From the NCBI GenBank assembly GCA_043743995.1, contig JAYTVM010000219.1:7094-71093 (forward strand): DNA of 64,000 bases, given 5' to 3'. A program made the translations under genes and the position numbers. This document shows, piece after piece, positions 18,543 to 28,165 of this stretch (the first letter of the stretch is position 1; every line of letters begins with the position of its first letter). This stretch comes from Pirellula sp. (GTDB lineage Bacteria > Planctomycetota > Planctomycetia > Pirellulales > Pirellulaceae). The notes beneath the pieces are model-generated. The model worked only from the letters and a program-made list of their open reading frames with translations. It was not told where the DNA came from and ran no database searches.

Positions 18543-21500
18543 TTATCGTTTCACAACGCAAAAGTCATGATTGAGCAAAGCTTGCGCGAGTATGGTCACA
18601 GCGGCCGCTTCAGGTATGGGAATCTCCTTGTCGCGTGCTGAATTGCCGATCTTCAATAGTAACTCTGCGTCCGATGGATGGGCGCGAAAATGTAGCAACT
18701 GCTCTTGATAAAGGCGTCCGAGTATTTCCAACTCCTTTTGACTTGGTGGTTGGCTCAAGCAAAGCAGACATCCATTCTCGATCATCTTAGCCACGTCACC
18801 ATGACATTCTCGATGCATCTTTTCACCACAAACGCGAGCGGCTTCAACAAACTGAATTCCATTGAGCAACACCAAGGCCTGAAGCGGCGAGTCCGTTCGT
18901 TCCCTTTTCGCAGTGCAGACTTGCCGGCGCGGCGCATCGAAAGCAACCATCGCTGGCGGCGGGCCAGTTCGCCGCCAATTTGTGTAAAGGCTCCTTCGGT
19001 AGACCGAATCATCGTTGCTCGTCTTAACCGGCTTGAACGACTCAGCCATTTCGTAGGGATTCACTGGCGGGCCACCCATCTTTCGATTCAGTAACCCCGA
19101 TGTGGCCAGGACGTTGTCACGAATCATCTCTGCCGGCAATCGAAAGCGTGGTCCACGAGCCAGCCATTCGTTGTCAGGATCATCTGCCATGGTTCGTTCA
19201 TCTGCGATGCTCCGTTGCTGATAGGTCTGACTCAATACGATCACTTTGAACAACTTCTTCATGTCCCATCGATTTGCGATCAACTCTGAAGCAAGCCAAT
19301 CGAGGAGTTCTGGATACAGCGGCCTCGCCCCCTGGCTTCCGAAGTCCTCCGAAGTTCGCACTAAACCTCGGCCGAACAGACTCTGCCAAACTCGATTAAC
19401 AGTTACGCGCGCGGTCAGTGGATGCTGCGGATCAGTCAACCATAGAGCCAGTCCAAGACGGTTGTTGGGCGCTCCGTACGGAAACGGTGACAAGGCTTTT
19501 GGCGTCCCAGCAAATACTTCGTCTCTCGGTTGGTTGTACTCGCCTCGAATTAGCGTAAAGGCCTTTTTCGGCTCTGGAAGCTCCCTCATCACCATGATCT
19601 CTTCGGTCGCGTCTGCAACCTTGTTGTAGTCTCCTCTGGCCGTGCGCAAGTCGCCCAAATGCGACTTCCATTCGGTGTTTTGCGTCGCAAGATAATAATC
19701 GAATAGGATTTCCCGGTTCTTGTCGCTCACTTCCGAAGTCGACTTCAATAGAACTTCTATCGCAGCCGTCTCATTGAAAAGATACAGAGACTCAAGCGAA
19801 GTCAATTGACGATCGAATACACGGAATTCATCAATGAGTCCGCCCTTGAATCCTCGGTCTCGAAATCGCTCTCCCAACGCTATGTTGTCACCACCACCAC
19901 CCGTGATCTCTTTCGAGAGTTTGTCTTTGACAACAGTTTTTTTTGCTTCTTGGCCGTCTACCAATATATTGAGCCCTTCGGCCCGACTACTTCCATCCGA
20001 AGTAGCGATAACATGGACCCATTTGTTTAGCGGAATTTTATCTTGCGAGGCGATTGAAATCGCATTTCCCGGCCAGAAGTGGATCAAAGACCATTTGAGT
20101 CGACCGTCTTCAACCAAAAGTTCGTAGCCACGACTGGCCGCATCCGTCCACGCACGTGATCGATGGAAGACCACGGCTCGTTCTTTCTCGTCCGGTGTTT
20201 TCAGCCAAAGAGAAATACTAAACGGTTCATGTCGCGAAAAATTGCCGATCGACAAATCAACAGGATCATCTCCGGTAAACTCGATCGCATTGTTGAACTT
20301 CCCAGGCACAATCTTGTTCTCACCTCGAAGCAGCGCTGGTTTGTCTTGTTTGATCTGATTCGCAAGTTTGTCACCATCCTTTCTATCAAACGAAAATCGC
20401 CCAATCTCGCATTGGGACAATCCCTCATTCAATAACAAAATACTAGTCTCATTGTTCGTAGATGAGCTACGAGAATCAAGCCATGCGTCAAAGGAGTCTC
20501 GAAGACTCGTATTCAGTGTTTTTTGACTAGCTTCTTTTTCCGACACCGTTTTCGCCAAGCTGGCTATTTTTTCCTTTCCATTGGAATCGTTTAACCAAAG
20601 TGTTGGCGTTGGTGGTGATCGTGTGAAGTAGGAGTAAAGGCCAGCTTCGTCGATATTCTGAAACATCGAGAAAAGCTGATAGTATTCTTTTTGGGTAATA
20701 GGATCGAATTTGTGATCGTGGCAGCGAGCGCATTCGAACGTCAGCCCGAGAAACGCAGTCGCAAATGTTTGAACTCGATCGCAAACGTACTCGACACGGT
20801 ATTCTTCTTCGACACTACCCCCCTCGGCCTCTTGTTGATGCAAGCGATTGAATGCGGTCGCAAGGATTTGGTCGTCGGTTGCGTTAGGAATCAAATCACC
20901 GGCAATCTGAAACTTGATGAATTCATCGTAGGGGAGATTGTTATTGAACGCTCGAACAACCCAATCTCGCCACGCCCACATGTCTCGTTCGCGATCCACT
21001 TGGAATCCGTAGCTGTCAGCATAGCGAGCCACGTCCAGCCAATCTGTCGCCATCCGTTCGCCATAGGCCACAGACTCCAGCAATCGATCGACTAAATGTT
21101 CGTAAGCGTTGGCCGAAGAATCGGCGACGAAGTCCGCAATCTCCTTTGGCGATGGAGGAAGTCCCGTGATGTCAAAGCTTAGCCGACGAATCAAGGTCGC
21201 ACGATCAGCGGTTGGCTGTTGACGAAGGCCGCGTTCCGAAAGTGAGTCTTGAACAATGGAGTCAATCGGATGAAAGGTCTTCCCTCCTGGAATCACAACG
21301 GGCCGAAGCGATAAAAAGGACCAATGTCCTTCGTAGATCGCACCTTGTTTGATCCATTGTTCCAAAATTTCAATTTCCCTCACATTCAGAGGCTCGATTT
21401 TCGAAGTCGGGGGGGGCATCCGTTGATCGGGATCGTGACTCCTAACTCGCTTGACAAGTTCGCTTTCCTCTGGTTTTCCGGGCGTAAAAACGTCGGCCGA

Positions 21501-21689
21501 AAAAGCAGCGTCACTATCATCCAATCGCAAATCAGCTTCGCGTTTTGCTGCATCAGGTCCATGGCAAAAAAAGCACTTATCGGACAAAATGGGACGAACG
21601 TCTCGATTGAAATGAATTGGGTCTTCGGCGAAGATCGAGAGAGAAAGGAGGATAGCAGCTGGGAAGGAAAGGAGGTTTCGCATGGTCAA
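18543..21689 (-). CDS. PSD1 / planctomycete cytochrome c domain protein (DUF1549 + LamG + DUF1553)
   Basis: FNRDVRPILSDKCFFCHGPD, WLDVARYADSYG, CARCHDHKFDP, LTARVTVNRVWQ, SPLQALVLLN. Confidence 0.92.
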   Translation of the reverse strand: MTMRNLLSFPAAILLSLSIFAEDPIHFNRDVRPILSDKCFFCHGPDAAKREADLRLDDSDAAFSADVFTPGKPEESELVKRVRSHDPDQRMPPPTSKIEPLNVREIEILEQWIKQGAIYEGHWSFLSLRPVVIPGGKTFHPIDSIVQDSLSERGLRQQPTADRATLIRRLSFDITGLPPSPKEIADFVADSSANAYEHLVDRLLESVAYGERMATDWLDVARYADSYGFQVDRERDMWAWRDWVVRAFNNNLPYDEFIKFQIAGDLIPNATDDQILATAFNRLHQQEAEGGSVEEEYRVEYVCDRVQTFATAFLGLTFECARCHDHKFDPITQKEYYQLFSMFQNIDEAGLYSYFTRSPPTPTLWLNDSNGKEKIASLAKTVSEKEASQKTLNTSLRDSFDAWLDSRSSSTNNETSILLLNEGLSQCEIGRFSFDRKDGDKLANQIKQDKPALLRGENKIVPGKFNNAIEFTGDDPVDLSIGNFSRHEPFSISLWLKTPDEKERAVVFHRSRAWTDAASRGYELLVEDGRLKWSLIHFWPGNAISIASQDKIPLNKWVHVIATSDGSSRAEGLNILVDGQEAKKTVVKDKLSKEITGGGGDNIALGERFRDRGFKGGLIDEFRVFDRQLTSLESLYLFNETAAIEVLLKSTSEVSDKNREILFDYYLATQNTEWKSHLGDLRTARGDYNKVADATEEIMVMRELPEPKKAFTLIRGEYNQPRDEVFAGTPKALSPFPYGAPNNRLGLALWLTDPQHPLTARVTVNRVWQSLFGRGLVRTSEDFGSQGARPLYPELLDWLASELIANRWDMKKLFKVIVLSQTYQQRSIADERTMADDPDNEWLARGPRFRLPAEMIRDNVLATSGLLNRKMGGPPVNPYEMAESFKPVKTSNDDSVYRRSLYTNWRRTGPPPAMVAFDAPRRQVCTAKRERTDSPLQALVLLNGIQFVEAARVCGEKMHRECHGDVAKMIENGCLLCLSQPPSQKELEILGRLYQEQLLHFRAHPSDAELLLKIGNSARDKEIPIPEAAAVTILAQALLNHDFCVVKR

Positions 21690-21999
21690 CCTATTCTAGT
21701 CGAATACCGGCTGCAAATGTTGATTTTCACAGGATCTAGCTTTCCGTATCTTAAAATCCAGCAGCCTGATGTTGCGAAAGATTGTTGAAATTTTGGCTCA
21801 CGTCACACTCGCCGAAAAGGTCGAGCAACAACTTACTCAAGATCCGCTATAGTATGGTCGTTTCTGACCAGGGCAAAAAACAGAATTTTGGACACGTCTC
21901 GCTGAACGTCATCAAATCGGCTTTCCGTCGGACTTCAGCGGGGGATTCGTTGTGGCGATAGATGTAACCATCAGTTGCCGTCCCGCTGGCGTAAAGACA

Positions 22000-22119
22000 A
22001 ATGGCACTCACTTTGAGCCGCAACGCGCTAGCGTGCGGGCTGGAAGGCTAGTAATCACTTGCAAATCCGGCCCTCATGCTAGCGCATAGAGGCTCAAGAT
22101 TCACAAAGTGAGTGCCATT
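22000..22119. repeat. MITE-like palindromic element, 16 bp terminal inverted repeats
   Basis: AATGGCACTCACTTTG (22000-22015) / CAAAGTGAGTGCCATT (22104-22119); related copies at 26235-26471 and 29498-29549. Confidence 0.8.
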
Positions 22120-22223
22120 GGGCGTAAAGCCAACGGAAACGATTGCATTCGCAGGAGATGGCGATCAGCTAGAAGTGTCCGATTTCCGACGATAGATTAT
22201 ATTGCACCATTAGAATTGCGGCC

Positions 22224-23111
22224 TTGAACGGCTCCGATATTTCAAAGATTCCAAATTACTTCAACGAGGAGTTTCCAAACTTGCATTTATCGCCTTTGAA
22301 CTATGAAGACAACGCTACTGCCCTGATCATCGGCGTCGGATTGATGGGCCAACATATGGCTTCGAACATTATTCCATGGCTCAATCTCAAAAAACTCATA
22401 TTGGTCGATCATTCAGCGACCATTGGCGTTGGCACGAGCAAGGTGGCTCTGGCGGACTTTGCAAGCTCCATATCGCGACAGTCAAACGACAAAACAGCGG
22501 TGATTGCCGAGACTGTCGATATCACCAGTGAACAAGCAGCACACGAGCTCTTTTTGAGGCATCCCGGCATCCAGTACTTCATGCATACGGCAGGAATATC
22601 TCCTAGACCATTGACGGCTCCCGAGGACTTGACCAAGGAAGATGTGATGGGCGCTTGCGAAGTTAATCTATGGGGAGCCCATAACGTCATCAAGCACGGA
22701 GTTAAGACAGGTGCGTTGGTCCGCGGTTCGCGAGGTGTGATTGTTTTGTCGACTTCGGCGACTGTCGGAGCGGAGGGGAGAGCTAGCGCTGCGTATGAGG
22801 AGTCCAAAGGTGGCTTGCTGAATTTCCTGCGTTTGCAATCGAGGCACTTCGTCGAAAAGTATGGTGTGATTCTGAATGGTTTGGCTCCGTCTCCGTTGCG
22901 AGGGCCAATGGCTGCACAAAATCCGACGAGCGCAGCTCGATTGCAAGCCGTTGCTGATGCGATGCCCATGGGGGCTCTGACTGAACCGAAACACATTTCT
23001 TCTGCGACGATGTTCTTCTGGGCCAAAGAATGCTGGTGCGCAGGTGAAGTGCTCACAACAGACGGTGGTTATACGAAGCATCGACCGATCTACGGACCGT
23101 TGCCAGAATGA
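22224..23111 (+). CDS. Atypical SDR family oxidoreductase
   Basis: LIIGVGLMG dinucleotide motif, MHTAGI, VNLWG, YEESK (YxxxK), LNGLAPS, GEVLTTDGG. Confidence 0.8.
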   Translation: MNGSDISKIPNYFNEEFPNLHLSPLNYEDNATALIIGVGLMGQHMASNIIPWLNLKKLILVDHSATIGVGTSKVALADFASSISRQSNDKTAVIAETVDITSEQAAHELFLRHPGIQYFMHTAGISPRPLTAPEDLTKEDVMGACEVNLWGAHNVIKHGVKTGALVRGSRGVIVLSTSATVGAEGRASAAYEESKGGLLNFLRLQSRHFVEKYGVILNGLAPSPLRGPMAAQNPTSAARLQAVADAMPMGALTEPKHISSATMFFWAKECWCAGEVLTTDGGYTKHRPIYGPLPE

Positions 23112-23878
23112 ACAAGAATGAGGCTAGCGACAATGTCGAGCCAAAAGACGCCCCACTAAGCCATGTTGTCATATATACGGATGGGGCGGCTGAACCAAAC
23201 CCGGGACCGGGGGGATACGGCGTCGTTTTATTGGCCGGCAAGCATCGCAAAGAACTCTCGGGAGGATTTCATCGGACGACCAACAATCGGATGGAATTGA
23301 TGGGCGTTATCGTTGGACTAGAAGCCTTGACCAAGCCATGCCGTGTAACTTTGTACAGCGATTCCAAGTACGTGGTAGAGTCGATCGAGAAAGGTTCTGT
23401 TGAAAAATGGAGCAAAAACAATTGGTATCGAACCAAATCGGACAAGGCGAAGAATGCTGATCTATGGGCAAGGTTCCTGCTGATCTATGCCAAGCATCAA
23501 GTTCGTTTCAAATGGGTTAAAGGGCATGCTGGCGTGCCTGAGAATGAGCGCTGTGATGAGCTTGCTGTTGCTGCTGCACAGTCTTACGATGCGGTACCCG
23601 ATCTAGGGTACATACAAGAAATTCAGGCTAACGGTGGAACTGTACCTGACGTTGGGTTATTGCGGCCGCGAAATGTTGGTCACTCCGCCATTGCTGCAAG
23701 CACGGTGTCGCACAAAGAAGCGGGTGAGCCATGTCGAAAGTGCGGCACGCCGATTGTTAAGAAGCCTACCAAGGCAAAGACGCGTAAGCCCGGCCAGACT
23801 TACTATTACGCTTGGTATCTAAGCTGTCCAGGTTGTAATACTATGTATTTGGTGGATGAAGCCAAACGAAGCCTCTAG
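23108..23878 (+). CDS. rnhA: Ribonuclease HI with C-terminal Cys4 zinc-ribbon extension
   Basis: YTDGAAEPNPGPGGYG, TTNNRMEL, YSDSKYV, WVKGHAG, NERCDELA; tail CRKCG...CPGC. Confidence 0.92.
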   Translation: MNKNEASDNVEPKDAPLSHVVIYTDGAAEPNPGPGGYGVVLLAGKHRKELSGGFHRTTNNRMELMGVIVGLEALTKPCRVTLYSDSKYVVESIEKGSVEKWSKNNWYRTKSDKAKNADLWARFLLIYAKHQVRFKWVKGHAGVPENERCDELAVAAAQSYDAVPDLGYIQEIQANGGTVPDVGLLRPRNVGHSAIAASTVSHKEAGEPCRKCGTPIVKKPTKAKTRKPGQTYYYAWYLSCPGCNTMYLVDEAKRSL

Positions 23879-24004
23879 GTCCGTTCGAGAATCACTTGTC
23901 GTAGTTGGACGACTATTGTAGCTGGACTCGCAAGAGTTCAGTATTGGGCGAGTTTGCTCCGAAGTCTTGCGACTCCGGCTACGATAACAGCAGCGCGTCA
24001 TTTC

Positions 24005-25210
24005 CTAGTCCGCAGCCGATGATTGACCAGACTGCGGACTGTTTCTTTTTACTCCAGGAAAGCTTTGCAATGTTTCGATGCGGCTTCGAGATTGAGTTAC
24101 CTCGTTCGCTGTTGTAAGAGGCTGCAACTTAACTCGAAACGTTTTGGATTCTCCTCCTTGCAATAAAACAACTCGGCCGTTCCTTTCCTCGAAAGAACGG
24201 GTATTAGGGAAGCCTGTCGCAGGCTCCAAACCAACAACGTAACCATCCTCGACAGCGGCAGTGTTCTTCCAAAGACTCATGAACGGCAAAGTTCTCGTAT
24301 CGAAATGGACAGCGAAGCCAAGCGTGCCGTCCGAGGAGGTTAGTAGTGCTTCCGACCAGTATTGGTTATCGGCGATGGGATCAATGAAGTAGACCTGTTC
24401 TTGATAGCCGCTCGCAGGACCATCGCATTGATTCCAAGTCTCTATGGATTCGGCTGCCCGAGCATCACGGGGAGCCAAGCTACGGTGAGCTACATGCACA
24501 GTCGAACCTGACTGCAATATAGGTTGCCCCACGTTGATGTGATACAACAATTGCATGGAACCCGGTTGGCTGGAGCGGTTGGTTACTGCGTCGACAATCT
24601 CAATAACCGGGCTGTCGACTCGAAAGCGATAACGCGTTTGCAATTCCAATGAGCAAACAAGAAATCTTGATTCGCTTACGGCACCGATCACATCCATGAT
24701 GCCGTTTTCAACATCCACTTGAATTTCCAATTTGTGCGCCGGCAGGTTTGCGATTCGGCCATGCAGCGGGTAGCGAACGGTGCCATTTTCAGCAAACTCC
24801 GGGGCGCCATTGCTATGCAATCCGCATCGAACCAAAAGTTCGTCGAACCCTTCAAGCCAGCCGATGCCTGTCGAATCGTGAACCGGAACGAGACTTGGAT
24901 GGACGGGGCCTGCAACCGGACTCTGCCATCCAATCTCCACTTTGTCACTCCAACATTTCCATAGTCCCATTCCGCGATCAGGCAAAATCGTCGCAATGAC
25001 GCTACCGGTATCGATTGTCAAACAATACAGACCTGCGGAACTGCCTGAGCTCAGTTGGTGATACCGAACCTCAAATCGACCGATGCCAGTCTTTATCTTC
25101 TTTGGAATCTTGAGATCCATTGCATCGGCATTGCGGTCTTCATGGATCGATGCCGCAGAATGCGACTCCCGAAGCTGCCAGCAGAGAAGAGTGTTGGTTG
25201 GCTTGTTCAT
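24005..25210 (-). CDS. Aldose 1-epimerase-like / DUF4432 protein
   Basis: ILPDRGMGLW, WLEGFDELLVRCGL, LHGRIAN, LYHINVG, GLEPATGFP. Confidence 0.85.
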   Translation of the reverse strand: MNKPTNTLLCWQLRESHSAASIHEDRNADAMDLKIPKKIKTGIGRFEVRYHQLSSGSSAGLYCLTIDTGSVIATILPDRGMGLWKCWSDKVEIGWQSPVAGPVHPSLVPVHDSTGIGWLEGFDELLVRCGLHSNGAPEFAENGTVRYPLHGRIANLPAHKLEIQVDVENGIMDVIGAVSESRFLVCSLELQTRYRFRVDSPVIEIVDAVTNRSSQPGSMQLLYHINVGQPILQSGSTVHVAHRSLAPRDARAAESIETWNQCDGPASGYQEQVYFIDPIADNQYWSEALLTSSDGTLGFAVHFDTRTLPFMSLWKNTAAVEDGYVVGLEPATGFPNTRSFEERNGRVVLLQGGESKTFRVKLQPLTTANEVTQSRSRIETLQSFPGVKRNSPQSGQSSAAD

Positions 25211-25304
25211 GGCTTAAGTCCTAACTTTTGAATTGGGAAATATTGGGTTCTGCAGAGGGGATGCTTATTCCTCAACAGGCAGCGAACCTGAAATGGGCCA
25301 GCAG

Positions 25305-25700
25305 TCACTGTGTCGTCAGGCTGGAGTGCACTGTTCTCGTGAATTTCGACGATTGGTCAACAGGTGGCGCATGGCCTGACCCTTTTGATTTGCCGCTTTC
25401 TATGGGATTTTCGGAAACGGAGTGCCGATCCGCTGACGAACGAGATTTTTGGCTAAATAACCTAGCAGCTCCGGGGCGTTTAGTGGTAATATCAAAAGGC
25501 CGCACAGAGGAAATTTGTCGCAGTATGAAGTATCGGGTTTGATTCTCGAACATTGCAAAGAAGGAGACCGGAATTGTCCAATCAACTAGCACACTTGCTA
25601 TCCCCAATATGGACGCTTGAACAAAATACAACAACAATCCTGCGTATGTGGAATCTGACAAATACATAACCGAAGAACATGCCAGTCCAGATACTGTCAT
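25305..25700 (-). CDS. Hypothetical membrane protein
   Basis: Two hydrophobic segments then a low-complexity tail; co-oriented downstream of fabZ; start uncertain. Confidence 0.35.
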   Translation of the reverse strand: MTVSGLACSSVMYLSDSTYAGLLLYFVQASILGIASVLVDWTIPVSFFAMFENQTRYFILRQISSVRPFDITTKRPGAARLFSQKSRSSADRHSVSENPIESGKSKGSGHAPPVDQSSKFTRTVHSSLTTQ

Positions 25701-25758
25701 AAGTTCCAAAAGGGTACAGCTCGAAGTCCTTTCGATTTGGTCCGCAGTTAATGCCGAT

Positions 25759-26196
25759 TCAAGTTGTTGGCCTAGCAACACTGCACGCGAAATCAAGTCT
25801 TGCAGCCAGTTTGCCATCTACGGTGACTTTGCCGGTCATGTAATACGCTGTCGATACGACTTCGTTGAGTTTGACATCAATTTCGATTGTTTCACCAGGC
25901 CGCACCATCCTCTTGAACTTGGCGCCATCGATACGCGTAGCAACTGGGACAGATCCATAACTGGGAGTAAATTGACTAAGCAAGATTGCACCGCTTTGCA
26001 AACAACATTCACAAAGAATGACGCCTGGAACAAGCGGAAAACCTGGAAAATGACCTTGTAGGAAAAACTCGTCGCTTGAAAAAGTTTTTCTACAGACAAT
26101 GTGGTTTTCTGTCTGTTCGATCACTTCGTCCACCAACAGCATCGGCTTTCGATGCGGAATCAGCGATTGGATTTGGTCTATGTTTGCGAAAGTCAT
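25759..26196 (-). CDS. fabZ: 3-hydroxyacyl-ACP dehydratase FabZ family
   Basis: LIPHRKPMLLVD, GHFPGFPLVPGVILCE, KFKRMVRPGE. Confidence 0.88.
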   Translation of the reverse strand: MTFANIDQIQSLIPHRKPMLLVDEVIEQTENHIVCRKTFSSDEFFLQGHFPGFPLVPGVILCECCLQSGAILLSQFTPSYGSVPVATRIDGAKFKRMVRPGETIEIDVKLNEVVSTAYYMTGKVTVDGKLAARLDFACSVARPTT

Positions 26197-26234
26197 GATG
26201 GTGGTGGCTAACAATGAACCGCTAGCCTGCGAGT

Positions 26235-26471
26235 AATGGTATTTACTTTGTAAATTTTGAGCCTCCATGCGCTAACATGAGGGCCTGATTTGCAAGCGAT
26301 CGTGGTCTTCCAGCCCGCACGCTAGCGCGGATTATTCACAACCCGACGCATAAGCGAGGGACAAGCAACAAAATCCCTCGCTTACGCAGCGGGTTACGAA
26401 AAACGGTCTACATTTGAACTGCCAATGAATAATCCTCGCTATCGCGTTGCGGCTCAAAAGTAATTACCATT
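26235..26471. repeat. Nested palindromic element (reverse copy of 22000-22119 carrying an internal second element)
   Basis: AATGGTATTTACTTT/AAAGTAATTACCATT ends; internal GGATTATTCA/TGAATAATCC pair enclosing AACCCG...TAAGCGAGGGA/TCCCTCGCTTA...CGGGTT. Confidence 0.8.
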
Positions 26472-26503
26472 CCGATGCGCGTCGCGTTATGGTGCAGCCA
26501 GAA

Positions 26504-27127
26504 CTAGGTCGTTGCATCTAAGACCGCTTGAACACGGTTGCTCGGTTCTTCGCGGCGCTTGGCGGCGACGGAGCCAAAGTTAAGCTCTAATTGGTCGTAT
26601 TCGCGGCAATCGGCAAACTCTTTGTAGAGCATACTCGGCTGAACATCGCGATTGTTTTGGTACTTTTCGCTTGAGTACTCGCGCACTTCGCCTTTGAGCT
26701 CATGGTAGAAAATCTGACAAATCCGAATACCGGCGTAGATGCGAACGGGTTGCACGGCAAACATCTCAATGGTCCAGTGGCCTCGAAAACCCACGTCGCC
26801 GAAACCGGACGAGCAATGCACAAAAAGACCTAGCCGAGCGATTGAACTTCGACCCTCGATCATGGGTACCAAGTTGTGAGTCTCGGTGTGCTCGACAGTC
26901 CGCCCAAGAAATATTTGGCCAGGACTGAGAATGAGTCCCTCATCGGGAATCGTGATTCGGCGAAAACGATTCGGATGCTTAACATCCAATACGACTTCCT
27001 CATAAACCAGAATTTCATTGTGGAGTGTCAAGTTATAACTATTGGGATTGAGACATTTTTCACAAAACGGGGTGATGTGAATATCCGTCCCTTGCCGTGC
27101 TCTGATTTCTTCGCCTGACAAGACCAT
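26504..27127 (-). CDS. dcd: dCTP deaminase
   Basis: LNPNSYNLTL, IEGRSSIARLGL, GDVGFRGHWTIE, RICQIFY, KYQ. Confidence 0.92.
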   Translation of the reverse strand: MVLSGEEIRARQGTDIHITPFCEKCLNPNSYNLTLHNEILVYEEVVLDVKHPNRFRRITIPDEGLILSPGQIFLGRTVEHTETHNLVPMIEGRSSIARLGLFVHCSSGFGDVGFRGHWTIEMFAVQPVRIYAGIRICQIFYHELKGEVREYSSEKYQNNRDVQPSMLYKEFADCREYDQLELNFGSVAAKRREEPSNRVQAVLDATT

Positions 27128-27553
27128 GCCACAACCTACAGAAAGTTTTGGATGACGATCGATCAAAATGGGCGCAGTTGGTGCAGCGTCCCGACGTGAG
27201 ATCAAGATACACAGGAAATTGGATAATGGGATGCTGGATCAGATTTTTTTATCCACATTCCCAGAAATTCATCGATTTGAACGATAAATTAATAAAAAAT
27301 TACTGAGTCGGAACATTTGTTTCAAATGTCGAAAGTTTTTTTCGAATAAGTTCGGGAGAGATCAGGTACCTTGTAATTGGAGTGAGGGAACGAAATCGCC
27401 CCCATGGAAAATTAGCGAACTTTTTGCCGGTTTCGTTCGTCAATAGCTGCAAGAGATTTGCGGCCAGGACACTAGGGTGGAGACTACAATGTTGCCGATA
27501 AGAGTAGCATGAGGCTACCGGAATGAATTCAGGACGGTGGGGTTAGGAACATT

Positions 27554-28117
27554 ATGAAATTTCGAAATCATCAACAGAAAAAGAAAACCGATGCAATTGT
27601 TGCTCATTTCCAGCTCCTTGGTCTTAAACTCGGTGAGTGCCGGTCCAACGTCATCCGGTCCGCCGCTCAAGCGATGGCTGTGGCGTTGAATACGAAAGGG
27701 AACCATTTCGCGAGGGGCGAATACGGTGCATTAAATCATTTTCGCCATTTTGCCGACGATTTAAACCGAGCTAAGATAGCGATAGCCACGTATCGTTTGC
27801 TCGACCCTCGCGAACGGACAGACGCATACGAGCGCGTTCAGCTCTGCTATCCTATCGATCGAGACTATGCTGAATCGCAAGCCACATCAACTGGCAGTTT
27901 GATCCATCAAATGCCTAATTTGTCTATAAAAACGCTTCGCCAAACTTTGTCAATCAAAGCAATTGAGGACGACCAACCTGAAACCCAGGATTCATTCAAA
28001 AAGGTTACTGGCAACCTTTCCATGGAGGAGCGACGCAGTATAGTGCGGTTAATGCGAAAATCAAACGAGTCAACCTTGCGTGGTAATTCGCCATTGGGTT
28101 GGCTCAAATCGCAATAG
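27554..28117 (+). CDS. Hypothetical protein, possible degenerate J-domain-like N-terminus
   Basis: HFQLLGL...IAIATYRLLDPRERTDAY resembles J-domain helices; no HPD motif. Confidence 0.55.
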   Translation: MKFRNHQQKKKTDAIVAHFQLLGLKLGECRSNVIRSAAQAMAVALNTKGNHFARGEYGALNHFRHFADDLNRAKIAIATYRLLDPRERTDAYERVQLCYPIDRDYAESQATSTGSLIHQMPNLSIKTLRQTLSIKAIEDDQPETQDSFKKVTGNLSMEERRSIVRLMRKSNESTLRGNSPLGWLKSQ

Positions 28118-28165
28118 GGGATTCAAATTACGTCATCCCTTGATTCGGGTTCAAATGAGCTGAAC

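Noticed and set aside
22409-23056. 215 aa minus-strand ORF
   Set aside because: Antisense shadow of the SDR gene.
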